Positions 13,264 through 26,472 of a stretch of DNA of 64,000 nt are shown one piece after another (position 1 is the first letter of the stretch; each line of letters begins with the position of its first letter). This DNA is from Adineta vaga (taxonomy: Eukaryota; Animalia; Rotifera), in the NCBI GenBank assembly GCA_021613535.1, contig CP075493.1:14942001-15006000 (forward strand). The letters are read 5' to 3'. A program made the translations under genes and the position numbers. The notes under the pieces were generated by a model. That model made no database searches. It was given only the letters and a program-made list of their open reading frames with translations, and was not told the origin of the DNA.

Positions 13264-14565
13264 TTGCATTTAATGGATTCTTATTTAAACTATTCATGGA
13301 TAAATTTAATGATTGATTTATATTATGGTTTGATTGAACTTTATTAGAAATATTATTGTTTATATGTAATATATTTAAATGATTAAATGGATTATTAGTC
13401 AGATCAAAAGTGACTGTATTATATGATTTGGATTCATGATTGATAGTTTTATCTAGCATAGAATTTGTATTGGTTGAGTTAATTCTCTTATCATTATCTA
13501 ATAATAATTCATTTTCTATTCTATTGTTTAGATTAGTTGTTCTATTAGTATTTGTTGGTATGATATCTATTCGACTATTTAAATCAATTAATGTTGTATC
13601 ATATGAACTATTATTTACAATGATATCTGTATGTGTTAATGTTAATGGTTGATTTATATAAACGTTGGATGTCAAATGATGAACATTAATGTCACTTGTA
13701 TTTGATGTGTTACAAAAGTTAGTTGTTCTATTGTTAGAATTATATCTGTATATATTATTTGATTTAGATTCAAGTAAAATTTTGGTATCTGGAGTAATGA
13801 TAAGATCCTTTGAATTAATATCAATATTCTTGTCAAAGTTAAAAATCAATTTCTTATCTGAATCTTTTATTAAATCTGAAAACAATTTTTTATTATTTTG
13901 TTTGATAGATGGATTGATATTATTGTTATTAGTCAAGATATTTGTTGCATTTTTATTGGTTGTGTTTGTTTGATCATTATGTGTATTATTATTATTATTA
14001 TTAGATTTATTATTTACACTCATTATTGATTTCTTTTTCGTATCTATTAATGATTTAATAAATGAATTGATCTTTTGATTATGATCTGTATTTGAAGATG
14101 TCGAACTATTTATATTATGATTTGAATTGTTGTTTAATTCATATTATTTCTATTAGAATTTTGTCGTTGATTATTATTGTTATTGTTGTTCTTAAAGTTT
14201 TTCTTTCTTCCATTATTATTAGATTAAATAGAAGAAGATCTAAATGATTTATCTTTATGTTCTTTTGTTTGTTCAACCTGATAAGAAGGTTTTTTTGTCA
14301 GTATATTTTAATCGTGTTGATGTGAAATAATTTAAATAATTAATAAATAAAGACAGAAGGTAGAATGGTAAAATGCTCATTTTTTTCAGGTTCGAATAAA
14401 AAAATCGATAGAAAGCTCCTAGACGAATGAAGTTAAAATTATCATTTGTGATATAAACTAAAGTCTTGTAAGGGTGTTTATAAAGTTTCTGATTGGCATA
14501 TAGAACAGTCGATTTTTTCTTTCTTTAATCCTTTCTCTTGCTGTCTTTATGAATCATTTAACATC

Positions 14566-14606
14566 TGGTCTTGAAAATGAAGTGTTAATCCTCGAAACTT
14601 CGACTA
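14566..14606 (+). ncRNA. Minimal hammerhead ribozyme, U3/A8 core variant
   Basis: TGGTC-TTGAAAA-TGAAGTGTTAATCCTC-GAAA-C-TTC-GACTA. Stem I tggtc/gacta, core UUGAAAA + GAAA, cleavage triplet UUC. Adjacent to a PLE. Confidence 0.6.
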
Positions 14607-15521
14607 ATTTTGTCAATTTTTCTTTTTGTAAATTAATATTATTTATTAAATATATTATAATCATTATAATAAATTATTATTTATTATTTTTAATTAAAAT
14701 TTGAAATTAAATATTTAATGAAAAAATGTAAAGCTGCTGTAATAATTATTAAATATAATTTTTCGTGTTCCAGTTTCGCCTTTCTCATCCCATTGCAAGT
14801 CAACATCTGTAAATGAGAGGCAATAGCGATGTCTCCAAAACAAGCGCAAAACTTTTATATGTTTCTCATTTCATAAATATTTGCTGTGGACAATTTTGAT
14901 CATTCGTTTGCGTTCTCTGTACGTCCACATATAATTACTGTAGTTCTTCCTGTGTTGAAAGGAAATCTTTTGAGCTCAACTTTCCGTCGCTCTGCTCATT
15001 TCATATTTTTCTGTTTTATTCTATTGCTGAATAGTTCCTCATTATTATATTTTCATGTTAATCTATTCTATCTTTTTGTAAATCTTTGTGCATTGAATAA
15101 TAAAGAAGTAAACTTCTTTCATTTTATTACTAAGAATCAAGGACTCTGCTGGATATAAAAACTCGATAAAGGACAACACACAATGACAAGATGGAAAAAA
15201 AAGATAAGTGAGTGACTTTTGTATTCTCTATATTGTAAAACGCTCTCCTTCTACAATAATATTTGCCCATCGTTTTGCGTTTTTTTTATCTCCGGCATTG
15301 TGTTCGCACGACGACATCCTCAAGACAGAAGGCAAAAAAATTACTTTTACCTCCAGCAAATAAACTTGCGCAGTTATCGATGTTGACTATAAAATATGTT
15401 TCTTCCCCAGTACATGCAACTGATAGCCTAAAAATACAAGTCATTTTACTACTGACGTAGTAGCGTATAAAATATTACGTATTACGTGGATTCATTTTGC
15501 AGTATATATATAGAGAGAGAA

Positions 15522-17865
15522 ATGGGTGCAGATCATAGTAACCACGAGAACTGTAATGATCATAATGATAGTTCATCTTCTGAATCCAATGAAATCGAGA
15601 ACACAAATTCGATCAGTCAAACAACGGAAGAGAATTCTGTAGTAAAAAATGAGAAAGCACAATTCAATACGGCTGATGGTAAGTGTCCTACTTCTATTCT
15701 TCAATAGTAGAGTAATGATAGTCACTATCATTCATAGATTTAACACTCGAAAGCAAGTATGGTATGTTGGAGATATTGCTTAATGCTGCTGGCATAACCT
15801 TTCATATTCATCCGGCAAATATTAATCGACAAGTATTACCACTTGTTTACATTGAAGGTTCCGATGAGTATAAAATTATATGGTTGCATGATGAGAAACT
15901 TGATAAAGCAATAAAAGAGCAAACACAAACGGAATTATCGCTTCTTTTCAAACAAATATACATTTTTGATGATGTCGAAAGTTGTATCGATTTTCTTCTT
16001 TCACTTGATACAAATTCCGATCGTTTGTTTTTTATTTCAAATCTTGTCTATGATGACAAAGTAAGTTTCAAATGTTGAAATAATACTCATACCCGTATTA
16101 TTAATTCTTTATTCATAGTTTGTCGGCTCGATCTCCCTCTTAATTGATGATGAACATCCTATATCAATAATTCTACGACAATTCAAATACGAACATCATA
16201 TTCATGGTCATATATTAGATTTGCTGTCTATGAATTATATTCATTACTTAGGTGAAAAGTTTCTAAGTAGTAAAGTCGAAGATGAGAATAAGATAAATGT
16301 GACATTTGATACCAATCAAAGTTCTCACCAAACTATTTTTCTTAAATCACCATTACTATCATCGAAGATTACTTTGGATGTACTTATCAATGGTCTTACG
16401 TCAGTTTTTGATTCATTTACAGTTTTTGAAAACCAACTAGAATGTTTACAATATATGAATTCGATCAACCTAACAATTGTCAACGTATATCTGATCGTGT
16501 GCTGTTCGGAAGATCTTGCAAAGTTTCAAAACGTTAAGAATGTGAAGAAAATCTATCAAATCAATTCGGAAGAAATAGATAAATTTATACTTGGCATTCG
16601 TAATGATGTACGCGCTGAAACTGCTCTACCAGTTCGTCTTATCGAGAAATCTGTGCAGTATATCAACGACAAATACACTCCGTATATTTCTTTGATGGCG
16701 AATTTAGATTTATACTTGACTTTAACGCGTGATGTACAAGATCGAGAACGAATGAAACAAGAAATGATAACTGAATGTAAGCGTGTTTATCAAGATAATG
16801 AACAACAATTAAAATGTATTGAAGAATTTGATAGGAACTATGAGATACAAAAAGAAGGCAAAGCAATCTATTGGTATACACGTAAGTATAAAATTGTATA
16901 AGGATATTTTTACGTTGACAAGAAAATGACGTTTCGTACTATTTTTAATTAATTATATAATTTCTTCTTCAGGTGATTGCTTTCTTTATCGATTGATCAA
17001 TCGAGTCCTTCGTACATATGATCCAGATCTTATTTATCCTTATCGTTTCTTTATCAATGAACTCAACGATGAAATCACCAGTATAGATCGGCACTATTGT
17101 AATGAAGTTGATGATTTGATCGTTTACCGTGGACAAGGTTTGACTCATTCAGAACTTCACTATCTTCAATACAAAGTTGATCAACTCCTTGCATTATCTA
17201 GTTTTACGTCAACCACTATTGATCGAGAAATGGCATTAGGATATGCAATTAGTTCTGGAAATGATCAAGTTGTTCCAGCTTTATTCGAATTCCATCTTCA
17301 TCCGACGATAAATAATACACGTCCATATGCATATGTTGCTGAATATAGTGCTTTAACTAATGAGTATGAAGTCTTGCTTACATATGGCATTATTTTTCGT
17401 CTGGTTTCTATAACTTACGACTGTAAACAAAATGTTTGGATCATAGTAGGTCATCTTCTTCGCCTACAAAATCATGACATTAAGAATTTATTATCGAAAA
17501 GAAATGAAAATCAATTTAAATTGAATACTTTTGATGCAGACACTTGTCACTATCATAAAAAGAAACGTGAGCTGTCAACTAGTTGTCCACATAATACCGA
17601 CTTGCCTTCGTCGGAATCTATGCAATCAAAAGATTTACCATGCGTATTTGACTTTTTTGATAGTGATGGTACAGACGATGGCGTGCATCCCACATTATGT
17701 TTATTAGTACGTACAATCCTTCATTTATTTACTACTAGAAAGTCAACCGATGGTGAAAATAGTCTGACTCTAAAAGAAGAAATCAATATTACTAGAAATT
17801 ATTTAGATTACTTATTCAAATTATATGAACTTAGATGGTGTCGATCGTCTCTTTCACAAAATTAA
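15522..17865 (+). CDS. Multi-exon ADP-ribosyltransferase (R-S-E) domain protein
   Basis: MGADHS start; AIYWYT|RDCFLYRLINRVLRT; VYRGQ, SSFTSTT and NEYEVL motifs are intact; GT-AG introns link the ORFs at 15486, 15764, 16221 and 16993. Confidence 0.8.
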
Positions 17866-18592
17866 CAAGACATTTTCAACAAATGATACACTATGAACAT
17901 TTTATTCAGTAAAAGAGTTTCTAAGAATATCATTATTAGTGAAGAGTGAAGATGTAAATCTTCTTATGTTTTACATCCTCACTCTCAAGAAATATTAATT
18001 CAATGAAACGTGTGACAATGAATATAATATTGATTACTCTTTTATCATTGATTTTATTGCTAGTTGTTGAAGTTTCTAATTATGGATTATATAATTCAGC
18101 ACTATTATTTGAGATCACAACACATATTCTGCTATAGTTCGTGAATGTCAATTTTATCATTTATTAGGAAATTCTAATTAGAAAATACACATTGAAGAAG
18201 AATGACTACATAATTTATCTACGATAAAAGATTTATCAAACGGCAAATGTTAGCATCCTTTTTCTCGAACCTAATCTATGGACACTGCACATAAGATGAA
18301 CGGACAATTATAATCAACTTAATAAAATTTCCTACTGACTAAAGATTTAACGTTTGCTATAATCTAATAGGTTAGGTTAGTATCAGTCGCATTCATTCTT
18401 ATACTCTTTAATCATAAAATAAAGTGTGCATACAAATAGACCATTTGAGACATTCGGTTCTATATTAATATTATCGATTTATTTATTTGTAATATTATAT
18501 GTTGAGAAGGCTCACATCTCCTTCAATAGTTGGATTTAATGGATTTAAGCTACATAATTATATAACTCACCTGTTTGCTGAGCAATAGTAGT

Positions 18593-18879
18593 CGTGGGTG
18601 AGGGTGTGTGGGTGTGGGGTTTGAGGGGTGGATGATGATATGAGTGAGAGAAGAAGTATTAGTATCCCCATCCCCATCCCCATATCCTCAACTTCATCCC
18701 ACATTCTCACCTTTCCGTTTCACCCCCTCCCGTCACAAAAACCCGATGCTTCGAGCCTATCACATTGTCCAATCATCTTCGTAAGACACAACTTCACAAC
18801 CACCTGATGATACTTTTGAGCGAAGTTGAAACACGTTGTAATCTACTTGACTCACCTACACACACACATCCTCAAGATT
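18593..18879. repeat. ~285 bp telomere-like-arm element containing a hammerhead-like core, copy 1
   Basis: Left GTGGGTGAGGGTGTGTGGGTGTGGGG, right CACCTACACACACACATCCTCAAGAT, internal CCAATC and CTGATGA...GAAAC. Duplicated at 29030-29298. Confidence 0.7.
18798..18843 (+). ncRNA. Degenerate hammerhead ribozyme motif
   Basis: AACCAC-CTGATGA-T-ACTTT-TGAGC-GAAGT-T-GAAA-CACGTT-GTAATC. Core intact, 5-bp stem II, stem I imperfect. Confidence 0.5.
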
Positions 18880-19255
18880 AACAACTGCATGATAAATCAA
18901 TCGTCTTAACAACAATTCTGTTTAACTGTTTTGTTATTTGACTGAAAAAACTTTCAGATATTTATATGATCAAAGATCGCATGACTAATGTATTGTTATA
19001 ATAACGGTCCTACTCAATTATTTTTTATTTAAGAGACTTTACATAATAATGTGAAAAAAAACAAGGCAATATGATACAATGCCTATTTCACGTGAAGTAA
19101 TAAGAATCTGTTTCGCCGGAAACAAGATCAGATCAAGAACAATGTGAATTTCATACTAAGATATGTGTAAATACGTTTATTTCTAATGAAATACAACACT
19201 TAAGAAGGATGTGAAAACAATTACAGTTAGAGAACAATAATTAGAAATGAATACA

Positions 19256-20400
19256 TTAATCCCTTTTTGATGGTCTTATTACATTATCAGTCGTGACCAT
19301 ATTCGTTCTTCGTTGACATCTGAACAGATTTGCTAATTCTCGACGAAACAATGGACTTGATAATGTAAATAAATAAAAACTTGTACATGCAGCTGTGATT
19401 GATAATAAACCACTGAATATTAAGAAATAACCTATCTTTAGCAGCCTGTAGTGCATCTGTTACTACATTGATTCTCAGCGCTACATAGAAGTATGACACT
19501 GAGACAGGTGTTGATAACAAACCAAAATAAAGACACTGAACAAGCATCATTCTAGTTAACTGTCGATCCGTTGTTTTTCGACGTGCCAATCGATTTTGTA
19601 TAGGTGCAACACATTCATTTGAAGTTTGTAGTTGGATATTATCTGTCCGTGCTCTTCTCACTACTTGTCGAACATGTCGAATAGTGAGTAAGCCAAAAAT
19701 GAGCATGCATAACGATGGACCCAAACTGAATATCAATAAATTCCAAATCCCATTAAAAAGTGGATACGTAGTTTGAGTTCCAGGACATTTGACATTTGCT
19801 TGGATGTTTTCAAATTGAATTGGAACATAAAGATAAAATAATCCAACAACTACAATGACGAACACAGTCGCCCGGTGTGTCATACGAAGATTACTCCATT
19901 CTCGCACACTTTTGGATGTTGAACTGCATAGAAATCTGTAAGAAGTAAAAAGAATATTTTTCAAACTATGCATAAACGAGAAGATATTTACCGATCGATT
20001 GACGCGAGAACAATAAACCAAGATGTATTACATCTACAATGAGAAGAATAGAAAATTCTTTTCTACAAAGATCAAATTCTTACCTGGAACAATAGACAAT
20101 AAACGAAAGTATTTTACATGATAAAGTTGAATATCCGAATGGATTGTAATTAGGATAAATATTTTGAAGAAGACGAAATAGAATATTGACATAAATACAA
20201 AATATTCCACTGATAGTTGCTGCTAAAAAGTAACGTGTACATGGATTTGAACGTAGAGGTGGACGGGTAAATACATAAACATTCAATGCATTACCAACAG
20301 TTCCAAGCAAGATCAATGAATATGACCAAAGTTGATAAAAAATAAGATTCGCATTGATTAATGAATTGATTTCAGCACGACTCACATTTGATAAGGACAT
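19256..20400 (-). pseudogene. Class A GPCR tandem copy 2, 1-nt insertion frameshift in TM7 region (~19416)
   Basis: Same exon structure as copy 1. CCACTGAATATT versus CCACTGATATT in copy 1 shifts the frame (ORFs 19287-20021 and 19256-19456). Confidence 0.8.
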
Positions 20401-20940
20401 TTTCTAATTCAAGAACAATTATACAACTAGAAAATAAAGTTCAAATTTTTTCTTTCCTTTATTAATAAAAACTATTGTAACAAACATCATAGAGAAATTT
20501 TGTTGTTCATAGGAATACACGTATTTATCAAATAATTATATGTATACGTCACTTCGACATCTCTCTCTCTCTTTCTGACCTTTTTGATGAAATACAGATG
20601 AAAAGCTTTCATAATTAAAATTTATTTTTATATTAAATCAAGCCATTAATATAATTGAAGTGTTTCAATACTTCAAAGAAGAAAATACTTCGTTGGAACG
20701 TATAAATTAATGCCCATCTAAAAGATAATTATAAACTGTTAAAGATATTTATTAATCGACATTCTTTCCTTGTGATAATTATTCAAAATTTTATACTTAT
20801 ATAACTGAAAAAGAAAAATCGAGGGTGTGGGTGAGAGTTTTTTTCTAATCCACAATCATCATCCCTCCCAATATCAAACTTTTCATTTCAAATAGATAAA
20901 TCAATTTCTAAAATAACAACAAAGTTATGAATATGTTTGT

Positions 20941-23900
20941 TATTAATTCGCATTGTTTTGCTGTTGTTCACTATTTGGAATACGTTTACGAAGGTCAGAA
21001 TATATGTGTTTTCAATAGATTCCTTCAATATTATATCTTGTGTATCAAAGCTTTGAGTAACCTTTAAAAAAGGAAAAGAAACATGCCAAATAGAAATATA
21101 TATTCGAAAATATGTTTACCATTCCATATAGGTTATTTAGTTTGTCAAGACGCTCAAGAATTTCATTGGTAAGGTCATTAACAGTATAGACATGCGATCA
21201 TCGTTGATCGTCGGATCGACGACCGGCACGGATGAGCCAACTTGTTCTGTAGGTAATGGTACGATATCTTGTGTAATGTCATCCAGCGAATCTACTGTAT
21301 CGTCTAAATTAGAAGATGTTCAAATAGTAGATTGGCAAAAATGTTTTCTTCTCGTTTAAAAACACCCATACACGCTCACATTTCCTTTTTAAAGCGAAAA
21401 ACGAGCGAAAATTTACCAGAATTTTTTGGATTTGTCGATGATTCAGATGGAAACGCTTCAAATATTGTATTTTTATTTGCTTGAATAGGTGTAAATCCGT
21501 GATTCTCTGCTTCATTCACTTCTATCCATGGTGTATCCGATTGTCTGATGAAACAAATGGATAAAAACGATCTCTTTTTTCATTCTAATTATTACATTTT
21601 TTCTATTGATTGTTGACGAAACATCAATGAAATAATGTTTTTTCGTGACAACTGACGGTGTTGTAAACCTAAATTATTAACCGGTGTATCGATGGTTGAA
21701 TGTTCAAGATCATCGTTTTCATTACGAAATGAACTAGCCCTTTCATTTGAAATCGTATCACCATCTAGATAAATAAACGTAGAATTCATGTTCTAGTCGA
21801 ATAAAGCGAAGAAATAACCTTCATCAGATAAAACTGATTCATTCTCTTTCGGACCAATCATTAGAACAAATGATCTAAATAGTTTTTTTTCTTTCTTATT
21901 TATGGAAAATAAATACGACTTTTATATTTACTCTTCATTCGTCAATTCAGTCTCGCTTGACTAAAAATAGATAGATCGTTTGCAAACGAAAACGGTATTT
22001 TCGATTCAATACATACTACCGTAGAAAGTTCAGAAGGTGTTTCAATAACACTCGATGCCTATAATCAGACTAAAATATGCTTTTAATCATAATCGTTATA
22101 TCAAGTTCAACCTGTAGCAATGGTTCACAAACTTCAATTCTAAACAAAAGAAGGTGATAAGAAAAATCTAAGTTTGACAATCATCCGACTTTGATCGAAA
22201 ACTTGACGATAAGAATAATTTTCATATAGAAATACAACTAAAATTTTCGAACTGCAAAACAGAACCAGTCTAAACAATCGAATTGATGATACCTATCACC
22301 CACTATCGAATACAGACGATGTCCATCATGACTAAATTTCAAATCGTTAACGTCTTTATCATGGGCGTATAAGGATGCAATACATTCTTATGTTTTCAAA
22401 TCCCAAATATAAATATATTTGTTTAAACGTGATGTTGCTAAATATCTGCCAGATGCATCAATATAAATTTTAATTAAATAACCATCTTTGTCACTCGTTG
22501 GGCATTTCCATGTTTGAATTTGTTTACCGTCTTCAATATTATATACTCAGAACATCGAAAATAAAGAAAAGGTTTAATTTTGAGAATAAACAGAATATAA
22601 CCTTATAATTCGATCTCGACAAGTTGTATAAATACGATCACGTTGATGATCGATTGCTAAATTGTGAAATTTATAATGTTCAAAAATATTACGTAAACGA
22701 GCAAATTGATATATTCCATTTTCATTCTAAAGGAAAAAGAATATATATATATATATATATATAGACTCTTTCTCTTCCACGTGTAACATTGCATGTGAAA
22801 TAAAACTCAAACTTACTTTCGATATTGTTTGAAATATCAATGATTTATCAGCACTAGCAGATATTAATCCTAGTTTGAAAGTTATAGGCGACAATGTAAA
22901 GCGAACAGCAGTTACAATTGCTGAGTGATCAGCGAATGTTGTAATTAATTGATAATTTTTTAATGCATCAAATATATGGATATTTCCGTCAAGACCGCCA
23001 ACTTTAACTACAGATCGAATTCGTTTCTTTCGTTCTAAATTTCATTCATTATACCTTGTTTTGAATTATCTTCATTTAAATAAATAATCTTCGTTAATGT
23101 TTCATTAATTGTATTGTCAGTCTGAGATGATGCTGAATCTAAATTCACTTCATCATAATTGAAAGACCAAAATCGTACAGTATTATCAGATAACGATGTT
23201 ATCAATGCTAATTGATTTGTCTGAAATAAGTGAGTTAGAAGAAGTGTTGAATCATGTAGAACCAATTTTTAATTCAATTGCCCAACCATATTCTGAATGT
23301 TACATATGAGTTTCACGTTTTTCTATTGATTGACTATTCGTGATATCCCAAATATAGAAACTATGATCATTGTAAAAACACGTTATCTAAAATAGGAAAA
23401 CGTATTCGATAAAATAAAAAAGCAATCGTGTAACTTGCCAATGATTTAACTTCATCTACACAAACAGCTATTACATTCGGAAAAGAAGTAGAACGTAGAT
23501 TGTTACCGATAAGATTTTTGTTTGCATTATTGTTTGAAGATCGATTCTTACTTAAAGATTTCTATGAGCAAGTAATTTTCGATTTTTATCAAATTGACAG
23601 ATAAGACCATTCGTACTTGCCGTCCACAAACCACATCAATAAAGAAATTTAATTTATGTTCACCTAAGATTGGTTCATTTCCAAGCAATGGTGAAACACT
23701 ATCCTATTAGAAACAAAGCTGATCGTTTTCAGAAGAACACAAATCAAAGATAAATCGATAATATTAGATTTTATATTATCGAAGAAATTGAAATAATAAA
23801 ACTTCCTTTCGGGTAAATCTCTCGAAAAAATAGATCATCATACAGTTGTTTTTGGAATAAAATTCCAGAATTTAACATGATGATGACCAATTGTGACAAA

Positions 23901-24710
23901 GCGACTTCCATCTTCCGCAAATACTATACCATATATCTAAAGTATGAAGGTATCAATAAACCTTTTTGAAAAATACATAAAATGATGAGATTTTTTGCTT
24001 ACAGGAACGAGACATTTATTTGAAGCGAGTTTTGTTTTATTTTTCAAGTTCCATACACATATATATCCATCATCTTCCGAACCAATCGAAACTAAATAAC
24101 CAGGTTTTGTTGAAAAACACTAAAATGGATCAATAGTTAAAAAGAGAACGACAGAAACCTGCTCGATATACCACACAATTAATAGCAAATTTGTGATCTC
24201 CTAATTCGATACAACTTGTTCGATCACCAGTTAAATCCCAAATACGTATTTTAGGATCATGACCTTTCTATCAACATTCATAAGCGATGTTTTCGTATAA
24301 AAAAAGCTTTAAATCCTTACTTCGCCTGTTGCTAAATAACGACCACCTGGTGAAAATGATATTGATGTAATAGCTCTGCAGGCGTTACAAATAATGAAAT
24401 CTTGTTTTCGCGTGTTTTTGTTGTAAAGAATAGTAGTTGAACTAAAAAGATCATGTTCAAAAGAAATCGATTGAATGCGGTGAATTAGATATCTTTTTAC
24501 ACAGCACCATAAGCTATTGTTGATTTGGTTTGAGTAACAGCTGAATTAGAAATAGATGTGAAGCCAAGCACATGCTCAAGCTTAACTGGAAACTGTCAAA
24601 GAAATATTCGACTATTTTTTAACACATCATACTTCGAAATAGGTTCATACTTGAGATTTCTTTAATGGTATATTTGCTTCACGTACAGCACGCGCACAAT
24701 TCGAGGACAT
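20941..24710 (-). pseudogene. WDR62: WD40-repeat WDR62/MAPKBP1-like pseudogene (multi-exon)
   Basis: VKLEHVLGFT...AYGA...AITSISFSPGGRYLATGE...HDPKIRIWDL matches the WDR62/MAPKBP1 N-terminus. In-frame TAA at 22388-22390 (WDLKT*ECIASL) and 23300-23302 (ETHM*HSE). The 3' end is approximate. Confidence 0.75.
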
Positions 24711-25107
24711 CGTGTTAAGTTGCACTTTTCTACAAAGACTCAGAATGAGTAAAGATATTGAGGATGAGGGTGAGCGGGTATAATCGAAACAGGAAAAAAC
24801 ATTTTTCACTTTTAAAATTTCAAAGCTATGCCCGGTATGATGATAACGAGCATATTTCATCGTGCAAATAGAAGTCTCTCTAGAAGAATACAGCTACAGA
24901 TAAAGAGACTTATTCACATACTGATGTGGAAAAAAAAGCAAAATAGTATGACACGATTTCTATTTCGCCGAAAACAAGAGCAAATCAAGAACGATGTGAA
25001 TTTCATACTAAGATATGTGTAAATACGTTTATTTCTAATGGAATACAATACTTAAGAAGGATATGAATATAATTAGAGTTAACGAACACTAATTAGAGAT
25101 GAATACA

Positions 25108-26251
25108 TTAATCTCTTTTTGATCGTCTTATTACATTTACGGAAGTAACCATATTCGTTCTTCGTTGACATTTGAATAAAGACGCTAATTCTCGACGAAA
25201 CAAAGGACTTGATAATGTAAATAAATAAAACGTTGTGCATGCGCTTGTGACTGACAATAGAGAACTGACACCAGTAAATAACGCATCTTTCGCAGTTTGT
25301 AATGCATCTGATACTACATCGATTCTCACTGCTACATAAATATATAAAACTGAGACAGGTGTTGATAACAAACTAAAATAAAGACACTGAATAAGCATCA
25401 TTCGAGTCAATTGTCGATCCGTTGTTTTTCGACGTGCCAACCGATTTTGTATATGTGCAACACATTCATTTGAAGTTTGTAGTTGGATATTTTCCGCACC
25501 AGTTCTTCTTAATGACGCGTGAATATGTCGAATAGTGAGTAAGCCAAAAATGAGCATGCATAACGATGGACCCAAACTGAATATCAATAAATTCCAAATC
25601 CCATTAAAAAGTGGATACGTAGTTTGAGTTCCAGGACATTTGACATTTGTTTGAATATTTTCAAATTGAATTGGAACATAAAGATAAAATAATCCAACAA
25701 CTACAATGACGAACACAATCGCCCGGTGTGTCATACGAAGATTACTCCATTCTCGCACACTTTTGGATGTTGAACTGCATAGAAATCTGTAAGAAGTAAA
25801 AAGAATATTTTTCAAACTATGCATAAACGAGAAGATATTTACCGATCGATTGACGCGAGAACAATAAACCAAGATGTATTACATCTACAATGAAAAGAAT
25901 AGAAAATTCTTTTCTACAAAGATCAAATTCTTACCTGAAACAATAGACAATAAACGAAAGTATTTTACATGATGCAGTTGAATATCCAAATGGATTGTAG
26001 TTTGAATACATAAGCTGGAACAGACGAAGTAAAATATTGGCATAAATACAAAAGATTCCACTAATAGATGCTGCTAAAAAGTAACGAGCACATGGATTTG
26101 AACGTAGAGTTGGACGTGTGAATACACAAACATTCAATACATGACCAACAGTCCCAAGTACGATCAATAAATATGACCAGACTTGATAAAAAATACGATT
26201 TGCATTGATTAATGAATCGATTTCAGTACGGCTTGCATTTGATAAGGACAT
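25108..26251 (-). CDS. Class A GPCR tandem copy 3
   Basis: Same 3-exon structure; frame intact. Confidence 0.85.
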
Positions 26252-26472
26252 TTTATGACTAGAAAATAAAGTGTAGATTTGTTCATCAGAAAATCTTACA
26301 ATAATTCTGTTGTATTTATATGAATATTTGCGTTCATCAAATACTTACCAACGTCATTTCGATATGTCTCTGATCTTCTGAGTAAAACATATATCAGAAA
26401 TACTTTTTATATCAAATCATAGTAATTAGTACGTTTCAAAGACCTTATTATATTTTATAGAAGATTTCATTT

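Larger units (their letters stand above)
12522..14760 (-). mobile_element. Truncated Penelope-like retroelement (Asn-rich insert + RT thumb) with probable inverted pLTR
   Basis: FSTTIYRKPTYTGL...ISSMVYRAIRICS...LHEEF...NGYP is the PLE RT thumb signature. It is preceded by a long Asn-rich frame (13264-~14300) that reconnects after removing the MITE and one frameshift. Opposite-strand hammerhead and GATTGG box at ~14490-14610. The distal boundary is approximate. Confidence 0.8.

Noticed and set aside
14770-14795. Minus-strand GGATGAG...GGCGAAAC as a hammerhead
   Set aside because: Core lacks CUG/UUG, there is no stem II, and it lies in what looks like decayed coding sequence.
18593-18640. True chromosome end or telomere
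   Set aside because: Only 3-6 degenerate units, internal, and paired with an inverted arm; treated as an interstitial element.
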